A stretch of 64,000 bases of DNA from Paraspadella gotoi (lineage: Eukaryota > Animalia > Chaetognatha). This document shows positions 1 through 16,559 of this stretch, piece by piece. The stretch is taken from the NCBI GenBank assembly GCA_051294375.1, contig CM119268.1, positions 10,052,370 through 10,116,369 on the forward strand, given 5' to 3'. A program made the translations under genes and the position numbers. How positions within the stretch are numbered: position 1 is the stretch's first letter; every line of letters starts with the position of its first letter. The notes beneath the pieces are model-generated. The model saw only the letters and a list, made by a program, of their open reading frames with translations. It did no database searches and was not told the origin of the DNA.

Positions 1-15
1 AGCTAAATGGTCCTA

Positions 16-112
16 AAAGTGAATTCGTGAAATGAGAGCATGAAATGACACAGGAACAGAATTTATGACAGGTCGATGTCAATACGACAATATTAATGAA
101 CTCGATCTCATT
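16..112 (+). repeat. Dispersed short repeat, copy A
   Basis: GTGAATT..TGA.ATGAGA.CATGAAATGACAC...ACAGAATTTATGACA matches the reverse complement of 44013-44119; the 3' part matches the reverse complement of 4111-4154. Confidence 0.7.
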
Positions 113-230
113 CTTGGTTGAATCAAAAGTTCCTACCTTATAATAATATAACAGAAAAGTAAAAATAAGACTGCATTATCGCGATGAATATTAAAGAGAA
201 AAGGGGCACATATTGCAGGCTCGTTTTTTA

Positions 231-1176
231 TCACTTTTTCCGCGCCTTGATAATCCGCAACATCCGACGATCCGGTTCTAAATCTGCTCGCGTCATTAAA
301 GTTTGATTATTGCAAGACGGGACTGGACATCGAAACTCTCCCCTAAATCGAAAAAATATTTAAGAGGATAAAAATATTTAGGGAAAAAATCTCAACTACA
401 TTCTCAGACGAATGCAAAAAACCTGACCTTTGAGCGAGAAGAATATCGACGCCTTGTTCGTCGTAAGTGTGATGGCAAATCTTGTTCTTTAATGGATTGG
501 CAAATGGTTTTCTGTTGACAAAAAAGAAAAAGAAATAAAAATAGCGATAAACGTGTAACAGCCTCAACGTATACCAAAAGCCACCTCGTGATCGGGCAAT
601 TGATGTTAGTTTCTTCCTGCGTCACCAACATGTCATCGTCGTCGTCATCATCGTCTGAATCGTTTACGTTCGCGTTTTGTCGGTTTTCCGGGGCGAGGAC
701 TTCTTTAACCTGTTTTTGAAAACCTCGACTTCTTCTAGAGAGCGCTTGCGAAGTGATAAAAAAAATCAAAGTTTGAAATTTTAAACCTTTTCGATGAATT
801 CCCGCCAGGCTGCCGTCTTTTTCAATTGCTTAGTCTCTGGTCCCTCTCCGCTCAGAACTTGTTGGAACTTGGGTCCAAGCAGGGCTTCCAAGTCGGTGTC
901 CTCGTCGATCTCGTCCCGTTGCGCCAAGTCCCGCGCGGTCTCGACAACGCTCGTCAATTTCTCGCACTCGTCCTCGAATCGAACCCAATCGAGCATCTGC
1001 CGCTTGACCGCTTCGAACACTTCCTTCAGGGATTCTTCCTCCAGCATCTCTTCGGCGACGTCCTCGGCAAGTTGCGTGGTCAAGTCCCTCCCTTGCTTAG
1101 AGATGCTCAACGGGCGAGTGAGGGTACTTCTGGCTTGCATAATTGTGCTGTCTGTGAAATTTATCTGTTTTTCCAT
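231..1176 (-). CDS. NSMCE2: E3 SUMO ligase NSE2/MMS21 (SP-RING), 4 exons
   Basis: Spliced protein has an N-terminal helical region, an acidic linker, then the SP-RING motifs CPITR|KPFANPLKNKICHHTYD and FRCPVPSC. GT-AG introns keep frame. Stop TGA at 231-233. Confidence 0.85.
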
Positions 1177-1497
1177 GGCTCAGAAAAAAGTTACATACGA
1201 CGAGATTTAGTTCTTTGTGTGAAATGAACCTGTTGAAAAGTAACTACCGATAAAAAAGCAAATATAAACCATCATTGGTGAAGAAAGCTTAAATAATAAA
1301 AACTACGAAGACTATACCAGCATATCAAAAAGGAAAGTAATAATAAAACCGAGGAAACTTGTCTATTTTCGATAATTCATAATTAAAATTATTCATTAAA
1401 AAAAAAAAACTCGAAAATGGACGGACTTTTTCGACATTATAATAAGCGATTGAATTTTTATTCGACAAAAATAAAATTTAGGAGTTTTAAAAGGCAA

Positions 1498-3815
<2,318 letters not shown>

Positions 3816-4110
3816 TGCGGCTTAAACATTTATCTGGAATGTGCCAAAGGAATGCTATGTAATTGTAGCAGATTAATTTCTCATCATCAAATTTTCTTTA
3901 TCTCCAACCTTTCATCAATTGTTAATTTCTCATCTACAATTTGTGGTCATCTTACCGCCAACCACTCATCGTTTCTCTCTTGCACTAAAGGAACTTTCAT
4001 TCATTGCGTTTGGCCTGGTGCTCCGTTTTGTCAAGAACTTTATAAAACGAGGACGTTTTAATTTCCCGTGGTTGTGACGCTCTGTAGCAGATTAATTTGT
4101 GAATTGTCTG

Positions 4111-4154
4111 AAATGAGATAGAGTTCCTCAATCTCATTTGCATATTGTCGTATT
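4111..4154 (-). repeat. Dispersed short repeat, copy B (hairpin end)
   Basis: AAATGAGAT...ATCTCATTTGCATATTG; the hairpin is shared with 20612-20656 and its ATCTCATTTGCATAT half with 44013-44028. Confidence 0.65.
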
Positions 4155-4691
4155 CTGATTAAGCTTTGATAAATTTTTATTCTATTACCTTAAAGGTTTA
4201 ATATTATTATTTTACATTAGTAAATGATCATGTTTATTTGTGGTTCCGTTAATAGCTAAATAATTAATGATTTAATTGTCATAATTGCTAGTTTATTACT
4301 TTAATTATTCTTGTGATTCCAGCTGACCTTTCTATGTTTAGTAAAGAAAATATATTCTCAGAGAATTATCCCTTAGTCAGCTAGGATTACAAGGGTCGGT
4401 TTTGAACCACTATGCTCTTGCTAGCTCAACACTTAGGTTTAGCATCCATTAAGATATTAACATGTAATTGCTATCTTTTCATAGGTCTATACTTGAATAC
4501 ATTGCAAGCCTAACTCTCTAGTTCATTAGTCTTACCAAGAAGCCAGTCAAGTAGCCTTCAAACTATTAAGTAAGTCATTGAATAATTATCCACTGAACCT
4601 ATAGTAACCGATGTCATGTATAATCAGGGTAACCATCATCACAACAGAGATACCCCTCTGTTAGATAATTATTATCGGGAAGAAACTAAAA

Positions 4692-6227
4692 TTATTTGCT
4701 CGAGACAATGGCTAAATTTCTTGGAGAAATCTCATCGTCAAAGACTGGCGCGATCGTTACTTTCGAGTCAACATACAACTCTCTTAAATACTGAACCCTG
4801 TCAAAGATAATCAAAGTTTCCAATACGCCCTGCATGCAATATTGCAGCATGGTGAAAGGCTCGATTAGGTCTATGTCGGCGCTATATTTTGAGTATTCGG
4901 CGTCCATTGAATCACGAAACGTTTCCCAATCTCCTTCCGCATTGAAACCCGAACGGAAATTGTCTCGATAGTCTTGAAAGGATCGGTAAGCTTCCTTAGA
5001 AGGCTTTTTATTATCAGGAGCTTTCGATCCAGATTCTCGCACAACCACTTCCAAGATGGCGCGATAGGACACGTGTCGTTCGTGTCGACTGTGTTCCGTC
5101 TCGGGCAGATCGCGCCATCGAGCGAGGGTCTCCTGTGCCGCGAGTCGAAGGCCAAAGCGTCCGAGAAGAAAGTCATGAGTCTCGGTCACCTCGCGAAGAG
5201 CGGAGGAAAGCGGAAAAAGGCGATAAGAGTCGTCGCCGGGTGAGCTCGTTCTTTTTGACATGAGGTGGTAGCAGCAACCAGCAACGACGAGCAATTTGAG
5301 ATCGAGTCGACTTCGGCCAAACAATCGCAACAGGGAAGGCGTAAGATCGGCGCAGGCGTGCAGACCCGTCATAACTAGAAATGGGGTGCTAGGAACGGAC
5401 AAAGATTCCAAGCCTTTCTCCACGGCGGCGTCGAAGGCGGCGAAGCTGTCCTCATCATCCTCGAGTTTCGCCTGGACGTTGACAACACGACGAGCGACTT
5501 CGGAAGGACGGCGAACCTGACGACGGAGGGCGCTCTTGTGATGGGACGCCTGGCCTTCGATGTTAATGATCGAATACCCGAATTCGGAAGATAAAACCTC
5601 GCCTTGAGAATTAATTATGAGATATTACATTTTTTTAAACAAACCTTAATGCTAAATGTATGTCAATTCATACCCAAATATCCGAGGCCACTCCCGACGT
5701 CGATAACCACAATGGACTGGTCCCCGACACTTTCCACCCTTGACTCGACCTCTTTTCGTAAAAACGAGGAAAGGAGCAAAACTTCGTGATGTTTTTTCGG
5801 TGAAAGGCGTGTTCGAAATTCGGGGTTGTGAGATACTTGAGGTAGATCGTTTTGGGCTAAAGAGGAAAGTTTCATTGGATGCATTCACAATTTGAAATTT
5901 TTGAGAAAATCGGTCCGTACGCCGTACTTTACCTTTCGAGTCATTGAGAACGCGAGATATGCTCAACCTCTGCGTCGTTTCAAAAAACTGCTTCAAACTT
6001 TCAGGACAGGAGTGAAACGCTTTGTAGTCGAAGGGGAGACGGTTCAACTCTTCGTAGTTGGCGCCTCTCAAAAAACTGCACCACTCGCTCGGTAACTGGG
6101 AGTAAGGTCTTTCCAAGAATAAATTGATCAATTTGAAGTCGTAAATATGCTGAAAATTCGAGAGGAATTTCACGGCTTCCTCGAAATACTCGAGATTCGG
6201 CCGTGGACCGACCGTTCGAGAAGTCAT
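4692..6227 (-). CDS. METTL25/RRNAD1-family SAM methyltransferase, ~3 exons
   Basis: SPKKHHEV, VIDVGSGLGYL (motif I), GLHACADL, GCCYHLM, LETLIIFDRVQYLRE and FDDEISPRN match the METTL25/METTL25B family. Paralog not resolved. Confidence 0.85.
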
Positions 6228-6237
6228 AATTCAATCG

Positions 6238-6885
6238 TCAAACTTCCAACGTGTGAGTGTACGGTCCTTCGGTGTCCAAACGAAGAACTTGACGATTCCC
6301 GTAAGTTCCGCTCTCCACTTTCTTTTCTCGACGAGATATTTCGGCTGAAAGGCGCGCTACGAAAATGTCATATAAGCGAAGTCCCTCGTCCTTAGCGATG
6401 TTTCCGTGATACTGCATGCGTTTTCCTTTTAATCGCCCACCTATTGAGGTAAAGTCGAGTTTTTGATGACACTCGTTTATTTGGCCAAAATCATCTGCGA
6501 AATTAACTTACCCAAAGTAGCCTGAGGTACCACCAACGCGTCCCCGGGAAGGTCTAGGATTGATACGCGTTTAGCACTATCGTCTTCGCAAAGCTGCGCA
6601 CCCAGCACAAGTTTTGCCAGTTTCTCAACAGTTTCTTCCGTGGCGCCTTTGAAGAAACAAACGTAGACGACGACGCCTACCCGTTTTATTAAAAGGAGAT
6701 GATGAAAGATGAAAGATATAATCGATTCTACGGGAGTTTCTTTGCGCTTAACCTCTGCCAATAGAAGCGAAAATTGGATCGATCGGAGCGGAATTCTTCG
6801 AAGTCTCCTCGTAGTTAAGCTGAAGTCTGGCGTCAATACACTGCTGAAGAACGACGCGCGCCACTGGTGATGGTGCTTCGGTCAT
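6238..6885 (-). CDS. DTD2: D-aminoacyl-tRNA deacylase 2, 3 exons
   Basis: Manual splicing gives ARVVLQQCIDARLQ...RG|VVVYVCFFKGA...SILDLPGDALVVPQATLG|GRLKGKRMQYH...GTYGNRQVLRLDTEGPYTHTLEV*, including the PQATL and GP motifs. Not captured as a whole by the ORF track. Confidence 0.92.
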
Positions 6886-7304
6886 GACGGTCAGTTTACA
6901 CAAACATTAAGAGCTATTGTTTTTTTTTCAAAAAACTTAAAATGTGCGGAAAAAAGAATAAATTTTAAAATATATGTAAACTGTAAAGTGATAATCGAGA
7001 CGACGTTGAAATCCTGGAAAGCGAAAGCGATAACAAATTAATTGTAGGGGAGGCTGAGAAGCGATTAGTCCTACTAATCAAGCATTGCTTAAAACTTCAT
7101 CCCCATTACTAATATCTACACGCGTATTCTGTTACGCGGTGCTGCGAAAATACTACGTTCAAACAGGGTTGTACAAATAAAATCACTTAACATGAAATTG
7201 AGAGATTGTCATCCAGCGTAAAATCTTCGGCATTCGAATAAAGCAAACAAAATTTAATACGATAAAAAACTTAATACTTTATAGGTCAAAGTAATCTCAA
7301 TTTG

Positions 7305-9641
<2,337 letters not shown>

Positions 9642-9783
9642 GACAGTTTAGTTTACTACAAACTAATGTACGGCATTTTTTTTTAGTTTCAATTTCCCAG
9701 ATAAACCTAAAAGAACAAAGGCTAATTAATTTTTGAGAAAATAGAAGAATGCATCCTTTAACTTTTGCGAAATAAAAGACAAA

Positions 9784-10580
9784 TCAATATTTACGATCCA
9801 ACGTCAACTTGACATCTTTCAACCTTTCGACCAAAGTCTGTTTTTGTTCGATCTCTTCCTTCAGCCAAACGGCCTCTTCGTACGAATTAGGAAACCTGCT
9901 TTCCTTTTCCCAGGCGAGTTTCAACGCCGTCACCATTTTGACTTCTTCCTCCTCGCGCTTCTTCCTCTCGGACTCCCTGCGCTGGGCAGAGCGCAGTTCG
10001 TTACGGAGCGAGGCCGCTTTAACTGCGAAAACGTCAGCCTCGGTCGCAAGGATCCTCTTGCGGCGCTCCAGTTCAGAGCCGGCCTTAACCGGGTCTCGTT
10101 CCAACCTTAGTCGAACTTCGTCGGACTGATGCTCGAGCAGCTTCTGACGTAAACGAATCAATTTTTTTGTGTGCTCCTGTTGTTAAAAATACGATAATTT
10201 TTTTTCAGCGTTTAAGTTTTTTCTTAATAAGAATGCTACTTATTTCTTGCTTGGCCTTTTGCCCCTCGAAGTGCTTTTGCAAGACTCCAAATTTGATGTC
10301 TGCGATGTCTTTTTTTACTTTCCACTTAATAGCGTTTTTTTCCGGAATCCCGGCCGTCATCGCCTCACGCATTTTGCCGATTTCTACCAAGAGTCTAGCC
10401 TAAAAACGACATAAATACTACATGTAAAGCTAAACAAATATCAAAAACTTTTAAAACTAAAGAACTCACGGCCTCTTTTTCCCGTTTCGCTAAAGTAGCC
10501 ACGAGTTCTTCCCTGGCTGAGCGCTTTTCAGTGACCTTAATTGAAAGTTCTATTATTCCTTGCTGAGTCTCCCACGACAT
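9784..10580 (-). CDS. Uncharacterised coiled-coil protein (~220 aa, 3 exons)
   Basis: Three K/R/E-rich segments (10580-10470, 10399-~10244, 10176-9784). The first intron is a clean phase-0 GT-AG; the second donor is ambiguous. No family recognised. Confidence 0.6.
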
Positions 10581-10612
10581 GACAATGGTTGTATTAGAAA
10601 AAAGACGCAACT

Positions 10613-10641
10613 CTGCGAGAGCAAAAATAGGTTAGTTTATT
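10613..10641 (-). promoter_or_regulatory. AATAAA fused to branch point and acceptor (candidate poly(A)/trans-splice junction)
   Basis: Minus strand reads AATAAA-CTAAC-CTATTTTTGCTCTCGCAG between the PGAM5 stop and the next ATG. Confidence 0.55.
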
Positions 10642-10731
10642 ATCTCCATATCACAGCACGAACAAACAAAGTCCATCGGTATACGTAATAAACGAGCGAG
10701 AAGTTCGAACTTCAAAATGAAAAAGGTTAAA

Positions 10732-12122
10732 CTAATTCGCGGTAAGTTTTTCAGGAGGCATGTATCCTGAGGCTCCCAATGCGCGAAGTACAATTCTTCC
10801 CGAAGGTTTGATGGTAAGCCAAGTGATGGAACCGTGATTCAGCCACATTCTAAGCCAGGCTTGCGGAGGAACCTAGAAAAGAAACAAATCTTGTATCATA
10901 CGAGCAACGATGCAAAATTTAAGAACATTAAGCATTAACCTGGAGCGCTCGGCACACGCAATATCTGATGACGTTGGCGTGACAAACTATGATCTCGCGC
11001 GTGTCCCTGGACTGCGTCTCCGGAGGAGTTCGGAAGTATTTACGAAACGCCTTCTCGATTCGCGGTCCATCGGCACGTACTTGATCCGCACGAGGTCGCC
11101 AAAACTCGAGCGGAGGCTCCGGAGGCAGGGGAGCACCTTCTTCCAGCAGCCTGTCCGTAACGACTTCGAGTCGACAAAAGGATGAGTCGGCCTCCAACTG
11201 ATCGGCGATAATTTTAGCGGATTCGGAGGCTCGCGTCATCGTTGACGAAACTATGGCGTCATAAGAAAAACCAACTTCGCGCAGACGGCGCCCAGTTAAA
11301 ATCAGTTGCTCTTTTCCTAAACGTGTTAGGCATTTAAGCGAATCCCTTCGCTCTTTCGCCATGTAGTGACCTGCATTTTTAAAAGAGAATTTTACGTAGT
11401 ATACAAAATCCACCGAATATAGAGGAACTTGTAAAGGCTCTTCTTTACCACATCATAATAGTAAAAGTTGATGTTAATAGTTTGGACTCACCATGACGAA
11501 TGAGAAAGACGTGTCGCGAGCCCCTGGTTTTTTCCTCCGGTTTCTCCTCTGCCGATTCAACGTTCAAACGCCGAGAAACGCGATCCGAAGAAGGTCCCAC
11601 CATCATTCTCCAACTCGACGAACCTTTCCAACCCCAAAATCCGCTCAAACGATGATGTTTCAAGCCGGCCACGAGTTTCCGCATCCATTGAGAAAAATAC
11701 AAAAAAAGATCGGAGTTGACTAGACACTTGAGAAAGAGTATGCCGAGGTTTCCGACATTGACATTGCCGAGAAGATGGACGAGACGAAGTCCTAGACATT
11801 GGATGTTAGCGATGCTTTTGTCATCGAGGATCAGTAGGGAAGATGGAGTTGACTTTGACGATGACACTTCCCGACAGTTTTCGTCGCCATGGCGACGCAA
11901 GGAATTAGCAACGGCGACCCTCCGATCTTTTCCCTCTGGGCAGAGACGCCGAGCAACCGTTTCTTTCCTATTTACGTCGTGATATTCCGTTGTAGAAGAT
12001 TCCAAGCAACCACCGAGTCGCTTTACGAGTTTATCGCGGCGAAGTTTGGAAACGACCGCGACTCCCGGCCGCGGGCGGCCAACAGTGGCGTTGTTTCCGC
12101 TTTTGCGATTGTATCTTAGCAT
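10732..12122 (-). CDS. PGAM5: PGAM5 mitochondrial Ser/Thr phosphatase, 3 exons (start could instead be ATG at 11684)
   Basis: RHVFLIRHG|[59 protein letters not shown]|[17 protein letters not shown]. Stop TAG at 10732-10734. Confidence 0.93.
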
Positions 12123-12310
12123 AAGTGAAGTTTGAGGAAGATTTTTTTTTTGGTAGGGATGAGAAAAAACTTAAAGACAGAAATGATTTGCAGTACTATG
12201 GTTTGGAGAAGAATTGACGTTCGCATGTTTCAATATTCTCAGGATTTTTTTTGCAGCAGGTTATGATAGAAAAAAACTCAAGAGTACGTCGTTTGAATTT
12301 CTGGTAGTTT

Positions 12311-12532
12311 TTAGACTTTGAATCCCATGCTTATCATGCATTGCCGATGAGCCTCGATCAAATCGGCGCACGCTTCCGCGCCTTTCTCGGCGATGCACGC
12401 GTCGCGAGGTTTGCGAGTTTCGGGACAGGCGCAACACGGCTTGCACTTGGGCTTCTTTTCCTCGTTAGCCGACCCTGCAGCGGCGACGGGGTCAGTGGCA
12501 AGGGCAGCGGAGTCCGTAGTTGGGGCGGACAT
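12311..12532 (-). CDS. COX17: Cytochrome c oxidase copper chaperone COX17 (intronless)
   Basis: [47 protein letters not shown]: CC copper site plus twin CX9C. Confidence 0.97.
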   Translation of the reverse strand: MSAPTTDSAALATDPVAAAGSANEEKKPKCKPCCACPETRKPRDACIAEKGAEACADLIEAHRQCMISMGFKV

Positions 12533-12550
12533 TATAAGTTCAAGATATTT

Positions 12551-12566
12551 CTGGAAAACAAAAACA
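12551..12566 (-). promoter_or_regulatory. Unpaired 3' splice acceptor (candidate trans-splice site) of COX17
   Basis: TGTTTTTGTTTTCCAG ends 38 nt after the TRMT10C stop and 18 nt before the COX17 ATG. No consensus donor lies in the gap. Confidence 0.6.
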
Positions 12567-12588
12567 ATATTGCAAAGATTTAACAAGC

Positions 12589-13988
12589 TTAATAATACTC
12601 CGGTTCTGTTTGTAAAAACGTGGAATAAGGCGAAGTTTTTCGAGTCGGCTTAAAAATGGCGCGGTGATTCTTAAACATTCGCGAATCGTGCGGTTCGTTT
12701 ATTCCTGGGCATTCATTCATAAAGTCGTATCTAGATCGCCACTCGACCATCCGGCGGGGAAGGTGACGATAGGAGTACATCCAGTTTCCTGTCGTGTCCC
12801 GGGCGTCCAGGAGAGTGCAGAAAACAATGTCAAGTGTCATTAGCGGAGCCTGCGGAATAAACCAATTATTGATTGACCCTTGCAGAAATAAGTAACACAT
12901 TCTTTCTTACCCGTTTTTGTTTGAAGAATCGGTTAAGGTCGAATTTCAAGGACCGAATTCCCATTTCATTGACTTTAGATAACGTATACTTTCCGGACCT
13001 CGATTTGTCCACGACGCCGCCAATAATATAAACGTCGTCGTGCCGATATTCGGTCACCGCCTCCGGAGCGTCTGGAGTCAAATACACGAGCCGATCGCGA
13101 GGAAAAATCTCAGAGAAGCACTGAGGCGTGACGTTCCACAAGGATCCTCGACTCTGTTCGCCCTCGGTTAATTCACGCATTCCGGGCAAGTCGGAATCGT
13201 AATTGCAGAGGTAGATATTGTAAGGTTCCCACTGGGCCCGATTAAATGAGTATACACTTCGCATTTGTTTGACGAACGAACTAGATTCCTGACTGTTCAT
13301 TTTGTAAGGAATCCCGAGATCAAATACGAGCGGTTGGCCGAAATTAAGGGCGTAATGCATGTGATAAGCGTGTTGCTTTTTCACTCTACCCAAGTCTAAT
13401 CTCTGAAGTAAATTGAGCACTGGGCCGATTAGGGGGTGTCCGTCGGACCCGTAGGCTTCGTCAAATGACTTAACGTCGAATCCTCTGTCACGAGCTAGAC
13501 GTAACATAGATTCTTCTTGCCGTTTCAGCTTTGCCCTTTTCCCTACATCCCGCTTTTCCCGGTACATTTCCTTTAACCACCACAGTTTATAAAGGGCGCG
13601 TCGCTGGTGGGCGCTGTCCTGCTGACGCAATTGGGCCCACATTTCATCGGTGATTACGTCGGGAACGTGGCAGTTTTCGTATCGAAGGTACTCATATTCG
13701 ACCTGAGAAGATTTTTTCGAAATTGCAACGGGGAGAAAGTTAACCCTTGGACTTTCCGCAATGCTCATGCACGACCTGCAAAGTTTGTGCCATTAATTCT
13801 TCGTCCATATGACCGTTATTTTGCGCCAACGCCGCTTCCAACTCCTCTCTATTTTTCGGCATAGTATTCATATTTTTGGCGAAGGAAATTTGAAGGCCGG
13901 AAATAAACTGAGTAACATCATCGCTGTGTCTCGAAAGGCTTGCTAATGAAAATTTTCGAAATAATTTTTTGAATTTTGAAGCCGCCAT
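12589..13988 (-). CDS. TRMT10C: Mitochondrial RNase P protein 1 / tRNA m1R9 methyltransferase, 3 exons
   Basis: Basic presequence-like [15 protein letters not shown] spliced in phase 0 to VEYEYLRY...FGQPLVFDL...LVYLTPDA...YIIGGVVDK...|APLMTLDIV (SPOUT Trm10 fold with the MRPP1-type FGQPLVFD motif). Confidence 0.88.
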
Positions 13989-14377
13989 GAACTGCAAAAA
14001 AATTTTTCAGATTGTAAAACATAAAAAACCAGACAAAACATAAACCACATGTACATTCTCCATTATAAAGAATTCTAAACTGATAAGGAGCTAAACTGTT
14101 CACTTATCACTTAACTGGTTGACAAGATGAAACATTTAGCCGCCGCCATTTAAAATTTCGTCTTAGTTATTGTCGCCTTGATAATATGCATGTTGAAAAT
14201 TCTTTATTTTTTTAAAAATGGTTTAATTTATAAATTTAACCTAATTTTTAATCTATGATTCCACCTACGCTTTTTAAAACCATATTCGTTCAGGACCTAA
14301 TTATATATGTTTAAATTCTTTTATATTTTTTTTTACGTCTCGAAAAGTTTTTTAAGCTTTCGCTTCCATCCGCCGAT

Positions 14378-16437
14378 TTACATCGCCCAACTTCCCGAAG
14401 GAATGATGTAGAACTTTGTATCTCCCTTGTCTCCGTCTTGCAGCGGGGCCAGGGAGGCCAAGGTTTCCACGCGGGTCGTCGTGGATGCCGTGGCCGTAGA
14501 AACCCCGCTGCCGACGGCGATAGTCTCTACGGGTTGAACATCGGGGGCTAATTCTGAACCTTCGGCCGTCGTAGATATCGTGAAATGGGAACCATCCGTG
14601 CCTGAATTAATTGATATATATGATTGTTTATATTTTTAAAGACCTTTACAAAAGGTAAATAAGATCGACGGATATAAGACAATGTCCAACAGATATAAAA
14701 AAATGACGATATAAATATGTGTTAATTTGTAATACACTTCATTTTCGATGTATAACCTGTAGAGACGATCGACCCAACTGGAAAGGCTTCAAGATTTAAA
14801 ATGGTTCCGTTCTCGATATGTTGCGTGATCTGAGCAAGATCCTCGTGCGCCACCGTCAAAGTTTGAAAGTTGCCAATGTTGCCAAGGCGGATGTGACTTG
14901 TTGGAAAGGCGCCTCCGAGAATTACGGCGTTTTGAATTTCCTGATGCAGAATTTGTTGTGATTGCGTCTTTTCCTGGGAGTTCGATGTTTCGAGGTCATT
15001 CTTCACGGTGGGTTCTTGACGATCGGACGAAGGGGTGAGATCGATGGTGAACTCGTGAATCTCTTTGTCTTTACTGACGGCGGCGCTTTTAGCGGTGGCG
15101 CCCACTCGCGAAGTTTCGTCGGCGTGTTTTCGACGAATGTGTCGTGTGAGTGGGGCTTTCTGACCGAAGGACGTTTCACAAAATTCACACTTAAACCGAA
15201 TTCCCTGATGAATCTTTCGGTGACGCGACAAATTGTCCTTAGTTCGATACTCTTTCCCGCATTCCGTACACGGATACCGTTTACCCTCGTGCTCAGCCGC
15301 CACGTGCATCTTAAGGCGCCAAGAATCACGAAACCGAGAGTCGCAATGCGAACACTTAACCTTTATACCCTCGTGCATGTTCCTGTAGTGTAGATGTAAG
15401 CTCCCCTTGCACGAAAATTGTTTGTTGCAACTTGGACAAGTTTCTTTCTCGCCTTTGTGTTCAATCGAAATGTGAGGTTTCATCCATTGTTTTGTGAAAC
15501 GTTTACCGCATATTGTGCAAGGAATTTTCGCTTTGGGCGTCCGGTCCTGATTGGTGCATTTGTGCTTCCGTAAATCCCTGCTGTTAAAAAATCCCTTTTT
15601 GCAGACGTTGCAGCTAAATTTGGTCACTCCATCGTGCTGGGACGCCATGTGGCCCTTTAGGTATTCAAGACGGGAAAACTGTTTAGGGCACTTGTGGCAC
15701 ATGTATTTTTGCTTTTCTCGTGCGCCGGACTTAGAGTCGCGGTTCTGCTTCCTTTGCCTCTGTTCTTCTAGTCTTCTCTGCCGAAACTCCCCGTGCATGT
15801 TACGAAAGTGTCGGTCGTAGTGACTCTGATTAGCACAGACACGACCGCAGCCAGGTTCTTGACACTTGACTCCACCAGACTGACTGTGCTTCAATATCAT
15901 GTGCGTGTTAGTGCAATATTTGCGGGTGAACACTTTGTTGCACAAGAGGCACTCGACCTTGTCAGGTTTGGTCGGGATGTCGCGCATCCAACTGAGATCC
16001 AATTCGGCGGGACTTTCCGAAATCGTCTCTTCTTTTGACGAAATGCCAGTCGTTTCAACGCAACTGACGTGGACCGCCTCGACCTCCTCAACCGCCGAGA
16101 AATTGACATCTTTCGGTTCATCGTGCTCATTTTTAACGCAGTTTCTTTTAGCATCTCCCGAATCAGTTTCACTTTCGGTGTTGACGCCCGCGTCGCTGAG
16201 TTTTTTGGTGAGGCGATAGAGAGAAGCGACCCAAGTAGCGGCGAAGTCGGTAAAGGATCGAACGTGAACCATGAGACAGCGGTACACCTGATCTAGTTCC
16301 CCATTATTTTTTTCGCGTTTTCCATCCAAGGAGGCGGGACGATCCCGCACGGTTTCGATTAAGACCGTGACTTGGACCTGCAAGTCGGCGGCGAATTTTT
16401 CGAGGGTTTGGATGAAAGCCGTTTCCTCGGGGTTCAT
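14378..16437 (-). CDS. C2H2 zinc-finger protein (about 9-10 fingers), 2 exons
   Basis: Tandem CxxC...HxxxH fingers in the 571-aa ORF. Donor at ~14757 joins an acceptor at ~14603, giving a last exon that ends in TAA at 14378. The unspliced form would stop at 14722. Confidence 0.85.
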
Positions 16438-16559
16438 TATCTATTGATTTCACTATAAAAATGTAAAAATAAATACGAAAATAAATAGATCGTAAGCATA
16501 CTATATCAACAAAAAACAAAATCTAATTACGCGATTCTCCCAAACTGGGTCCATTTGGG

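Noticed and set aside
3834-3955. Katanin upstream acceptor as a trans-splice site
   Set aside because: A good GTAAG donor lies at ~3955, so a cis 5' UTR intron explains it equally well; not counted as unpaired.
13740-13997. Separate 85-aa ORF overlapping TRMT10C
   Set aside because: Explained as TRMT10C exon 1 (targeting peptide), joined by a phase-0 intron to VEYEY.
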